IMG/VR virus record: IMGVR_UViG_3300033143_001983
Coordinates: 1-62,966 of that record
DNA length: 62,966 nucleotides
Strand: one strand, 5' to 3'
DNA from: a virus
Taxonomy: Duplodnaviria; Caudoviricetes
Part shown: positions 48,749-57,168 of the stretch, in pieces
How positions within the stretch are numbered: the first letter of the stretch is position 1
Layout of the letters: every line of letters starts with the position of its first letter
The notes under the pieces: model-generated
What the model was told of the DNA's origin: nothing
The model's input: only the letters and a program-made list of their open reading frames with translations
The model's database searches: none
Made by a program: the position numbers and the translations under genes

Positions 48749-48992
48749 CTAGTCCATCCTTTGTTTTTAGAGACTGTTTAAAATAACAATCTATTCCAGC
48801 GTCATAAGAAAAGCCAGATTTATAACAAATAACCTCTAGGTTTTCACATCTCACCGTTCTTGCTCTTTCTGATACCCTTTCACATTTCATTGTATAAGCA
48901 GATTCTTCTTGAGGGTCTGTGTCTTTTTCCGGTCCACAACTAATCATTAAAGTGGTCAACAATATCATCATCACTAGGCTTTTCATCCTCAA
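48714..48992 (-). CDS. putative lipoprotein
   Basis: Hydrophobic leader ending LMIS-C; four further Cys. Confidence 0.6.
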   Translation of the reverse strand: MRMKSLVMMILLTTLMISCGPEKDTDPQEESAYTMKCERVSERARTVRCENLEVICYKSGFSYDAGIDCYFKQSLKTKDGLDALNSIINLTK

Positions 48993-49101
48993 TCTCCTCT
49001 AACTGCTTCTCTGCATCTTTTACTTTTTTGTTAAGCTCACTTTCCTTCTTCGTCGTTTTCTTGAAAAAGCTTAGTAAGAACTCTAAAAATTTAGCTATCA
49101 T
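48940..49101 (-). CDS. small amphipathic/coiled-coil protein
   Basis: AGGAG RBS favours MIAKFLEFLLSFF start. Confidence 0.55.
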   Translation of the reverse strand: MIAKFLEFLLSFFKKTTKKESELNKKVKDAEKQLEEIEDEKPSDDDIVDHFND

Positions 49102-49108
49102 GTTTCTC

Positions 49109-49546
49109 CTAATCCCAGAACGATCCAACATGTTTCTCTAACATAGTATAGTACCTTTTAGTTAATTGGTCAACCTTCATTTTATCTTTTTTCATTGCAA
49201 TTTTAGCTCTTCTTTGATACTCTGGGTCAGGATCTCTAGCTCCAAGTAAATTCTCGAATCTGTAATCATCCATAACTTGTCCAAAGAAGTAATTATCACT
49301 AAGCTCAAATTCTGCCATCCTTCTACTAAGCTCCGTGAACTCTGCTAATCTCCTCATACCTTTAGTATTCTGATCGTCTGCCCATAACGTATGTGTCTTA
49401 TCAGATTTCATGAACTTATTAACACGTTTCATATGCGCATGGATTAGGTTGTGGATGCTACTAGCTTCAAAGTCAACACATTGAGAAGCTCCGATGTAAC
49501 CGTAGTAGATGAATTTTGTAATGAATAGGTACATTCTGTAGATCAT
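49109..49546 (-). CDS. hypothetical protein
   Basis: 145 aa, AGGAG RBS. Confidence 0.7.
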   Translation of the reverse strand: MIYRMYLFITKFIYYGYIGASQCVDFEASSIHNLIHAHMKRVNKFMKSDKTHTLWADDQNTKGMRRLAEFTELSRRMAEFELSDNYFFGQVMDDYRFENLLGARDPDPEYQRRAKIAMKKDKMKVDQLTKRYYTMLEKHVGSFWD

Positions 49547-49553
49547 GATTCTC

Positions 49554-49991
49554 CTATTGTATAGATAGTTCTATCATTTTTATGTTTAGATGAGGAGTAA
49601 CATCTACGTGTAAATCTTTCATCTTTTTCTGCTCTTGAAAATCTCTATACTCTTTATCAAAATATATAGTACATATTCCACTTTGCCACGCCATTCTCAT
49701 ACATTGCGAACAAGGTGAAAGTGTTACAACCATAAAACAACCTTCTGTAGAGATTCCATGTCTTGCGCAATTAAGCAACAAGTTTTGTTCAGCATGTATC
49801 ATATAAGGGTATTTTTCAGGTCTTGTAGTTGGCAGAGAGTTATCATCAGCTCCTCTAACAAATCCGTTATACCCAGAAGCAATAACCGCCCCTGTTCTTT
49901 TATTAACTAGTAAAGCACCTACTTGTCTTTCACTGTCAGGAGAGTTTTTTGCCACAACTCTAGCTTGTTCAAATAAATTTTCTAGTTTCAT
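49554..49991 (-). CDS. dCMP deaminase
   Basis: GYNG, HAEQN, SPCSQC zinc motifs. Confidence 0.92.
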   Translation of the reverse strand: MKLENLFEQARVVAKNSPDSERQVGALLVNKRTGAVIASGYNGFVRGADDNSLPTTRPEKYPYMIHAEQNLLLNCARHGISTEGCFMVVTLSPCSQCMRMAWQSGICTIYFDKEYRDFQEQKKMKDLHVDVTPHLNIKMIELSIQ

Positions 49992-50000
49992 AATTCTCCT

Positions 50001-50145
50001 AATAGTTCGCCATCCAGACTCAAGCCTCTCACCACTTCTCTCCTCGGATTGCTTCGCCCGACTTGCAATTTACTACCTATGCAACTAAGGAGGCAGGTGT
50101 CGCCTTTAAGCTTATGAGCAACCTTTTCGGGATGCCTTTCGCCTT
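50001..50145 (-). ncRNA. candidate structured RNA or 5' leader upstream of dCMP deaminase
   Basis: GC-rich gap with nested stems beginning at the predicted +1 of a sigma70-like promoter. Confidence 0.45.
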
Positions 50146-50150
50146 GTATT

Positions 50151-50179
50151 ATATTAATACAACTTTTAATGTCCGTCAA
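50151..50179 (-). promoter_or_regulatory. sigma70-like promoter overlapping polA stop
   Basis: TTGACG-17 nt-TAATAT; overlapped by palindrome TTGTATTA-n3-TAATACAA. Confidence 0.5.
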
Positions 50180-52457
50180 GTAAATTCACAGCTAGCTCGG
50201 CAGGAGCTTTCAACTTTATGCTCAATTTATAGTTATTCTCCATAATATCCTGCACTAACACTCTACATTCTTCTGCTTTTTCTTCGGGCACATTCATAAC
50301 TAGTTGATCGTGAATCTGTAATGCAACCCATCCGTCAATTCCTCTTCTGATAAACTCTCGATTTATCTCAATTGCCGATAAGTTGACGATACTAGCAGAT
50401 AGTGATTGTATTTTGAAGTTCTTGGAGTTGTTAACACCGTTCTTATAATCCATGTATATAGCATTAACTCTTTTCTTAGCCTCGTCCTTGCCATATCTGT
50501 TTGAGTACTTCTTTGTCAGTTTTGCTCGATACTTCCAATCTAGTAACTTAGCACCATGTTTTGCATGAAGCACTTTAACCTTCGGCAAGTGTCTAATCCT
50601 ACCTACCTCAGACCTTACAAATCCCTCATATTTAGCTTGATTCTCAGATTCTACCATCCACTTCTTAAGCTCTGGAAAACCTCCAAGATAACCGTCTATG
50701 AGGATCTCAGCCTCTTCTGTAGAGATTCCTAGCGTCTTACCTAGTGCAAAGGCTGTCATGCCGTATGGAACGCCCAGACAGTACGCTTTAGCTGCCTGAC
50801 GCACCTGCTTATTAACCTTGCCTAAATAATTCTCTGCTTTCTTATCTGCACTTACTCCTTCCATCTTTTCAGTAGCGATTGCAATGGTTGAGTAAAAATC
50901 ATGCCCTTTTCTAAAAATATCCTTAAGACCATCATCCCCAGAAACATGAGCAAACACATGTGGTTCGAGAGACTCGTAATCATCGTCGATAAACATCCTT
51001 CCTTTTCCTGCAACGAAAAACCCCCTGATAATGTTATTATATTTTAAGACGATCTCATCTAGTTCGCCTTTCTCTTTTGGTCTTGGTAACTGCTGTAAGT
51101 CAGATCCGTAACGACCACTTATTGTACCATGCTGTTTAAAGCTCGGATAATAAATACCGTTCTCATGGTTATCTAAGAAGCGATCAATATATGTCCCACG
51201 AATCTTAATAAGCTTATTGAAGTTACTTAAATCTGTAGTCCAATCAAAATCCATTGTTCCAAGATATTCTATAAAATCATCATCAAACTGACCTCTGCCT
51301 GTAGGAGTTCTTCCAAGTGGTGCAATATTCATATGATCAAACACTAACTGCCCCATTTGAGCTTTTGAGTTTATGTTAAATAAAATATCAGCATCAATAT
51401 AAAGCTCTCTTTGTATATTGTAAATATCTATTGGATCTATTCCAGAATAGTCAGCAGTAGTTAAAAAGGTCTTAATAGGACCATCTTCTAATGTTTCCAT
51501 TGCCTTCTTTCCAAAGCTAAGATTACCCGTCTTAGTCAAAGGTAGTTTTAATTTGAAATACTTTGCAAGAGCTTGCCCAAACTTACCAGATTTCTTTGGA
51601 GGATGGTTATTGTCTATGGTAACTTTTTCCCATTCCTTATACTCTGGAGTTTCCATCAAGCTTATAAGAATTCTATTTTCCAACATATCTATATCAACTT
51701 GAATATCTACTTTTGCTTGTTCGATTTGTGGCAAATCTAGAGTTAGTCCCTTAGCTTCCATTTGTATCGTAACTTCTTTATAAAGTGGCATAACTTCTTT
51801 GTCGAAAAAGAACTCTTCAAGCTCCTCTCTTTTAATCTCGTCTAAATAATATAAGCATATTCTTAGCGTTAGATCGGCATCTGCACAGGCATATTTTCCC
51901 ATCACATCTAAATCAGCCTTATACATATCCTTTTGTGCCAGTTTCCAAACACCGCCATTCTTTATTACATTTGCCTTCATTTCTAACTGCTCTTCATTTG
52001 CAGCACTTTCCATATCCATTCCGAGATACTCTTGAAGCTCAATTGCAGTTTTTTTAAGTGCGAAAAGTGCATCTTCATTGACGGTATGTTTCATCAACAC
52101 ACCTTCAGCAGCCAAAGACGGTAATAAGTCAATTCCGAAGTTACTTTTAACAACCTTGCAATCGAATCCTCCATTCCACATTAGAAGCTCTTTCTCAGCA
52201 ATCATTTCCATAAGATTGACAAAGTTCTCTTCTGAAACACATCTATCTAACTGCTCAGTTTCTACATTCCAAGTAAATCTCGCCACATAAAATGCAGTTC
52301 CTACATCTCCGCTAAATGACATTCCAATTATCTTATCTTTTCTAGTGTTGAGTCCAGTAGTCTCTGTGTCGAAAGCTAGGAAGTCGTGTTGCTCAATATG
52401 TTTAATTGCTGAGTGTACTTCTAAGTCGTGGGAAATAATATGGTAGTTCTTATTCAC
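50166..52457 (-). CDS. polA: family A DNA polymerase with 3'-5' exonuclease
   Basis: FDTETTG exo I; DYESLE motif A; RQAAKAYCLGVPYG motif B; QIHDQ motif C. Confidence 0.96.
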   Translation of the reverse strand: MNKNYHIISHDLEVHSAIKHIEQHDFLAFDTETTGLNTRKDKIIGMSFSGDVGTAFYVARFTWNVETEQLDRCVSEENFVNLMEMIAEKELLMWNGGFDCKVVKSNFGIDLLPSLAAEGVLMKHTVNEDALFALKKTAIELQEYLGMDMESAANEEQLEMKANVIKNGGVWKLAQKDMYKADLDVMGKYACADADLTLRICLYYLDEIKREELEEFFFDKEVMPLYKEVTIQMEAKGLTLDLPQIEQAKVDIQVDIDMLENRILISLMETPEYKEWEKVTIDNNHPPKKSGKFGQALAKYFKLKLPLTKTGNLSFGKKAMETLEDGPIKTFLTTADYSGIDPIDIYNIQRELYIDADILFNINSKAQMGQLVFDHMNIAPLGRTPTGRGQFDDDFIEYLGTMDFDWTTDLSNFNKLIKIRGTYIDRFLDNHENGIYYPSFKQHGTISGRYGSDLQQLPRPKEKGELDEIVLKYNNIIRGFFVAGKGRMFIDDDYESLEPHVFAHVSGDDGLKDIFRKGHDFYSTIAIATEKMEGVSADKKAENYLGKVNKQVRQAAKAYCLGVPYGMTAFALGKTLGISTEEAEILIDGYLGGFPELKKWMVESENQAKYEGFVRSEVGRIRHLPKVKVLHAKHGAKLLDWKYRAKLTKKYSNRYGKDEAKKRVNAIYMDYKNGVNNSKNFKIQSLSASIVNLSAIEINREFIRRGIDGWVALQIHDQLVMNVPEEKAEECRVLVQDIMENNYKLSIKLKAPAELAVNLLDGH

Positions 52458-52834
52458 AGTTCCTCGTCCTCTAAAATAATATTATGTGACTTTAAAATCA
52501 CCTCATACACAGGTTTATTTAGCTTCAACATCGTATCTTTCATATTTTTAGAACCTCTAGATTCTCCATCCCATATAAGTAATAAAGCATCACCATATTT
52601 AGCCATTTCAGAATTTCTTATATGTCCAGCAGCTTTTCCAAACTTATCCCAATTTGCAGGAAATCTTTTAACTGATTTATTATATAATGTAGCCCAATTC
52701 TCTCCAGCCCTATCTGCACCTTTAGCAGTTCCAGACACTACCTCAGAAACTCTAATTCCATTATAAATTCTCATATGCTCGATAAATCCGGGATCTGGAC
52801 AATTAGTCCTGCTTCCTGCTATTATAAGTTTCAT
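52454..52834 (-). CDS. YspA-like SLOG family protein
   Basis: IIAGSR, VSGTAKGAD, AGHIRN.EMA, WDGESRGS. Confidence 0.85.
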   Translation of the reverse strand: MKLIIAGSRTNCPDPGFIEHMRIYNGIRVSEVVSGTAKGADRAGENWATLYNKSVKRFPANWDKFGKAAGHIRNSEMAKYGDALLLIWDGESRGSKNMKDTMLKLNKPVYEVILKSHNIILEDEEL

Positions 52835-53079
52835 AATTCTCCATCTTCCATTATCATTAAGTAATCTTCAATATTATAAAGCACGTAGTAGTTAATAAGC
52901 ATTTCTCTTTCATCATCTAACAATACTCCTTGAGTAATGTAGCTGTAGATAATCTTGTCAAGCTTCTGATCATCTGGGCAAAGTAGATTCACCTCGTCTA
53001 CTAAATCTGCATCATCCATATCCTCAACTTCCATGCGAATCCCTTTCACCTCGAAATCAAGTGGGGTGAAGAAGAACAT
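52831..53079 (-). CDS. small acidic hypothetical protein
   Basis: 82 aa, Asp/Glu-rich. Confidence 0.65.
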   Translation of the reverse strand: MFFFTPLDFEVKGIRMEVEDMDDADLVDEVNLLCPDDQKLDKIIYSYITQGVLLDDEREMLINYYVLYNIEDYLMIMEDGEL

Positions 53080-53105
53080 TCCTTGATACCAGCATCCTGC
53101 GTCTT

Positions 53106-53540
53106 TTATAATTCCTCCAGCACTTCTCTAGCGAGTTTTTCTAGTTGCTTAATATTTTTCATTTTATGAACACCGTTTTTGTCAGTATAATCAATCCAGT
53201 ATTCATGTTCACTATCTGCATATACACCAAGTGCTTTCTTCATTTTTCTATAAGCTCCAAGAACTTCCTTCAATTTAAACTCTGCATTTTCTCTCTGCAA
53301 GTCCAGCATCTTTATTTTGTCGGCTAATTGCGCATTAGCTTCTTTTAGTACAGTAGCTTTGTCTAAACTTTCTCTCATCAACTGGTAGTAGTGGTTTTGA
53401 TCTTTTGCTGCAATTAAATTCTGCTCTAATTCATATACTACATCTTCTAACCTCTCTACTGAGTCTACAATCAAACAAAACTCTGCACTAGCTATTTGTT
53501 GTCTTTCTGCGAATTCATCAAGCTTCTCGTATAATTTCAC
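53106..53540 (-). CDS. coiled-coil hypothetical protein
   Basis: 144 aa, heptad pattern. Confidence 0.7.
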   Translation of the reverse strand: MKLYEKLDEFAERQQIASAEFCLIVDSVERLEDVVYELEQNLIAAKDQNHYYQLMRESLDKATVLKEANAQLADKIKMLDLQRENAEFKLKEVLGAYRKMKKALGVYADSEHEYWIDYTDKNGVHKMKNIKQLEKLAREVLEEL

Positions 53541-54397
53541 TATAATTCCTCCCTAGCTTCATAACCTTCTTCAACAATCTTATTCACCATGTAAGATACT
53601 TTTGAAGTTACATCGTATGGATATAAATTATAAAACACTTCTTTAATTCTGTCAATATCTAAATTCATCAAACCGCAGGTAAATAAGAAGCTGTTTCCTC
53701 TAGCGTACATTTCTCCTGCAAGTCCGTCATGAGCGTTCTCTAAGAAGTAGGCAATTGTGTCAGGAATCTTAGCCTTTTGTTCGCCATATAAAGCCTCTAC
53801 AAGCTCTTCAATTGAATCTCCTACCACTACGTTATCTTTATGCTCAAAACGCTTTATTTCGCCCTTTTTAGGCTTCTCAGCAGGTGTTGGCTCTAGTAGA
53901 TCCGCATCATACCAGAATCCGTCAACGACTCGTCCACCAAAGAAGAAACGTGCAGTATCTCCAATGCATGATGGGTCAGCAGGAAAGTGTTCGGCTAGTT
54001 TCAGCATTGTTGCTTCAAAGTCTGGTTTATTCGTAATTGATTTAGCTAGTGGGAATATTAGTCGGAACTTATGATGCTCCTCGCTATGAGAAGTGCTCGG
54101 CAAACATAGTGTTGCAATATCTAATTGATGCACTACTTTTTCTGCTTCATCAATAGTCATACCGTCATCAATATCAAGTACCATGAAATCAGTTGCTAAG
54201 AAGTTGTGCTGGTTTCGATAAGCACTAAATATGCTCGGACTCCATGCATTGCTACATATAGTCTCGATAAGCTGCTCACTTGTCGCCACTTCTATTACTT
54301 CTGGATAATGTGGCTTAGACGTATACCATGCTTCTTTGGATTTCTCTTCCTTAGACTCTGGTAGTGCCTTAGCTTTGGAAAATATACTCAATTTCAT
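53540..54397 (-). CDS. AEP/PrimPol-type primase
   Basis: WSP, VLDIDDG, STSH...KFRLIFPL, D.SC...ARFF. Confidence 0.8.
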   Translation of the reverse strand: MKLSIFSKAKALPESKEEKSKEAWYTSKPHYPEVIEVATSEQLIETICSNAWSPSIFSAYRNQHNFLATDFMVLDIDDGMTIDEAEKVVHQLDIATLCLPSTSHSEEHHKFRLIFPLAKSITNKPDFEATMLKLAEHFPADPSCIGDTARFFFGGRVVDGFWYDADLLEPTPAEKPKKGEIKRFEHKDNVVVGDSIEELVEALYGEQKAKIPDTIAYFLENAHDGLAGEMYARGNSFLFTCGLMNLDIDRIKEVFYNLYPYDVTSKVSYMVNKIVEEGYEAREEL

Positions 54398-54671
54398 TTT
54401 CTGTCCATTATACTTGCTATAAATACTAATGTGATAACTAGTAACGGTATAGCGATTGCTTGATATATATCATTTATACCTAGTTCTAATAATGCTAATG
54501 TTGATATGATCCAAAATCCTATCAATATAGACGGTATCATTTTCCTTTCACAGTTACAAAGTATTTAACATTATCAAGATCTACTTTATCACCTTTTTCA
54601 TAATACTTAGGCTCTTTCTCTAGTGATGATTGATACCATCCTGCTACTGGTATTGTATACATATTAGCTCC

Positions 54672-54812
54672 TTATAATAATTTTCCAATTGTGATTAATG
54701 CCGCCCATAATAAATAGCTGAATCCATTAGTCTCAGGAAACTCATGAGGCGATGTTACTAATTCCAGTATAGCACAAAATATACATATTGCAATGAGTAT
54801 CCAGCCAATCAC
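54672..54812 (-). CDS. small two-TM membrane protein (46 aa, not in ORF track)
   Basis: GTGA overlap with ligase stop; MIGWILIAICIFCAIL...YLLWAALITIGKLL. Confidence 0.45.
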   Translation of the reverse strand: MIGWILIAICIFCAILELVTSPHEFPETNGFSYLLWAALITIGKLL

Positions 54813-55903
54813 AGTTGATTTCCAGTAGGTCGTATTGTCTTCATTATATATTTATCCAATCCTATTCTTCCGCTTTTCTTTAGAAAATTGAAATGCACAG
54901 ATCCATGAACGCTTTTTCCTTCCTTTATATACAGTCCTAGTTTCTTTAAATTCTCTGGAGTAGGTCCATCTTCTAATCTTAATTCAACTCCTATACAAGA
55001 GTACTCATAATATAAAGCTTGATCTAATTCTCCATAACTAGCCTCTATTTGATCCACCAATGCATCAGCTTCTTCTCGAAACTCTTCTGGCAAGTGCTCC
55101 AAGTAGTCTACTTTTACCACACCATTTTCCATTGCTTTCCATAAACTAAGAGGTGTCAAGTGATTCACAATTCTAGCAACTCTTAAATACTCGGCAGATT
55201 TGAACTTCACTCTGTATCCATTTTCTAGTCGTACTACGTAACCTTCTTCTGTATGGTCAAGCGTTTCTAGGTGATTTTGAAGCTCTACAATTGAGTCGAA
55301 TGTAGTAGCAGGAGTTACTATTAGATTGGTTTTTAAAGAGTGTATTTTTATATTTTCATTAAGATCAGTTTCATATTCATTATTATATATCCCTAAAAGA
55401 GATAGAAATTCCTCCTGACCGTAGTTAACTATTATTTTATTTTCAGGATATACTATCTCAACCAAATAGGTATTTTCTTTGTTCATGTTTTTAGTTTTAT
55501 ATCTACTATCTAACATCTCCTTGCCTTTAATAGCCTGATCACTTGTAAAGCTACCTCTAGTATTTACTCGCCACTCTCCATCGTAGAAGTACACAATGCC
55601 TAAAGATCCGTCCATCTTCTCAAATGACTCAAAATATCTAGCATTTATTATGTCAGCTTTCTTATCATCGTTAAGTTCTCCAAAATTAAAGAACTTAGGA
55701 AAAGCTCTTGCTACTACCTTTCCAGTTGCTATTTCGTAGACGGTTCCTCTAGCGTTCAGAGTTACGTCATCCCATGCTTTCTCGTAGGTACAGTGGTCAG
55801 TGTAGTTCCACAGTACTAAGCGTCCACAAGGCGATATAACCTGTCTCAGGAGGCGGTCATCTACATACTGTCCAAACTTCTTAAGTGAGTGATGTATTTT
55901 CAT
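54809..55903 (-). CDS. T4 Rnl1-family RNA ligase
   Basis: ARG, FPKFFN, EKMDGSLG (motif I), EEGYVV (IV), VKFKS (V). Confidence 0.92.
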   Translation of the reverse strand: MKIHHSLKKFGQYVDDRLLRQVISPCGRLVLWNYTDHCTYEKAWDDVTLNARGTVYEIATGKVVARAFPKFFNFGELNDDKKADIINARYFESFEKMDGSLGIVYFYDGEWRVNTRGSFTSDQAIKGKEMLDSRYKTKNMNKENTYLVEIVYPENKIIVNYGQEEFLSLLGIYNNEYETDLNENIKIHSLKTNLIVTPATTFDSIVELQNHLETLDHTEEGYVVRLENGYRVKFKSAEYLRVARIVNHLTPLSLWKAMENGVVKVDYLEHLPEEFREEADALVDQIEASYGELDQALYYEYSCIGVELRLEDGPTPENLKKLGLYIKEGKSVHGSVHFNFLKKSGRIGLDKYIMKTIRPTGNQL

Positions 55904-56876
55904 TTATAACTCTCCTGTGAAACTTAATTAAAATACTGTTTAAAAACTCTCGATCTACTTCTTCTGGAAGTTCGCTATCTAATCTAGCATCTTCTAATCC
56001 TTCTAATAAATCTTCAAGTAGTTGCTGAACTTCTGGATAATCTATGCTTCCAGATTTAATGTCCTTAACTATATTAGCATCTACTGGAACTAAAGGCAAG
56101 GTGATTTCACCAGTACTTAATAATTCTAATCCCTGCATAGAAACTCTTGCTGCATGACTCAATGCTTTCCAATCAATTCCATTGTTCTTCTTAGCTTCTC
56201 TAGCTCTTTGTCCGTAGTTCTTGTAGATCCTAGTCATAATTTGAAGCACGTAGTCGAATCTACAGTGATGGTCAAATCTCTTTCCTAGTATATCAAGTGC
56301 TGGAACTTCTGGCAAATCAGGAGCTGTGGCGGATAAAGTGATCTGATGCACATGCTCAAAGTTCTTAAGTTCATCTAATAGAAAATCCCAAGCATGTTTA
56401 AGCTTTGGTCCATCTCCAGCTAGTTTCTCACCTTCTCGTAATATTTTGATGACGTTATTTAATTCGCCCATCCTTGAGCCTTTGATGCCATATTTGTTCG
56501 CCTGTTGTCGTGCATACCCAATCATTGCGCTAACTTTAGAACTTAGAAGCTGATCTCTCACTTCTAGGATTTCATCCCACATAGGATCTTTCTCAATAAT
56601 CATATCGTCAGGAGTAAATAGAAGCTCTAGTGCTGCTGTGTCGCCTCTGCTTACCATCTTGAGGAACTTCTTGAGGCTGTACAGCTCAATGTCGATATCA
56701 TCTTTAGAGTTCTTAGAAGAATCGTCGCCAGTTGAAGTACTTACCGATTCTTTGTAGTTTCCTATTAGAATTTCTTCAGCAGTAGGAAGAAACACTCCTT
56801 TGTAATCTTTGTCGCTTGCAGGGGTTGAGGTTCCAAATAAGTGAGAACCTGCCATTGCTTTAATTAGAATTTTCAT
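55881..56876 (-). CDS. Pol-beta superfamily nucleotidyltransferase (RlaP/Nuc-transf-like)
   Basis: GSHLFGTSTPASDKDYKGVF (GS...DxD); DWKALSHA.R. Confidence 0.88.
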   Translation of the reverse strand: MKILIKAMAGSHLFGTSTPASDKDYKGVFLPTAEEILIGNYKESVSTSTGDDSSKNSKDDIDIELYSLKKFLKMVSRGDTAALELLFTPDDMIIEKDPMWDEILEVRDQLLSSKVSAMIGYARQQANKYGIKGSRMGELNNVIKILREGEKLAGDGPKLKHAWDFLLDELKNFEHVHQITLSATAPDLPEVPALDILGKRFDHHCRFDYVLQIMTRIYKNYGQRAREAKKNNGIDWKALSHAARVSMQGLELLSTGEITLPLVPVDANIVKDIKSGSIDYPEVQQLLEDLLEGLEDARLDSELPEEVDREFLNSILIKFHRRVINENTSLT

Positions 56877-56893
56877 AATTTCCTTTGAAAAAG

Positions 56894-57040
56894 TAGGGAT
56901 AGGCGGAATCGAACCAACCGACTTCTCTCCTCTGAGAGCACTCTAGACAATTAATTACTTTGTCGTCCATGTATTTATTTGGTAGAGGTAATGTACAATC
57001 TCTCATCTCCTAAATACTGACCCATCTGAGCTATATCCCC
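56894..57040 (-). ncRNA. tRNA-like RNA with 76-nt D-loop insertion and 4-nt loop in place of the anticodon loop
   Basis: Acceptor GGGGATA/TATCCCT+A; T8A9; D stem GCTC/GAGT; G18G19; stem CTCTC/GAGAG with AGAG loop; variable AAGTC; T loop TTCGATT; no encoded CCA. Confidence 0.8.
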
Positions 57041-57042
57041 AT

Positions 57043-57140
57043 AAAAAACGCTCGTCTTTCCGAGCTGTCCGTATAAGCATCCTATACCTTTCAGAGACAT
57101 AAGCCAGCCTGCTGACTAAGCAGGTACTTCAGGAGTCTCG
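57043..57140 (-). ncRNA. candidate structured RNA immediately 5' of the tRNA-like RNA
   Basis: GAGAC/GTCTC enclosing CCTGCT/AGCAGG; GTATAGG/CTTATAC; GCTCG-GAAAGA-CGAGC then T-run. Confidence 0.55.
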
Positions 57141-57168
57141 TCTAACTTTCTATCTATTTCGTACTCGT

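Noticed and set aside
50100-50130. tRNA-Met or c-di-GMP-I riboswitch resemblance (CTCATAA; GGCGAAA..GAAA stem)
   Set aside because: No T-arm or acceptor stem; lacks the GACGCAAAGCC and second-stem features of the riboswitch
49988-50245. ORFs 49988..50179 (-) and 50063..50245 (+) as genes
   Set aside because: TTG starts without RBS, atypical composition, overlap with polA and a promoter; better explained as structured RNA
56894-57040. Ordinary functional tRNA gene, or tRNA with a self-splicing intron
   Set aside because: No 7-nt anticodon loop; the insert is only 76 nt, lies in the D-loop and lacks group I/II core motifs
57095-57140. Hammerhead ribozyme
   Set aside because: CTGAAGTA does not match the CUGANGA core and the stems are not arranged as a hammerhead
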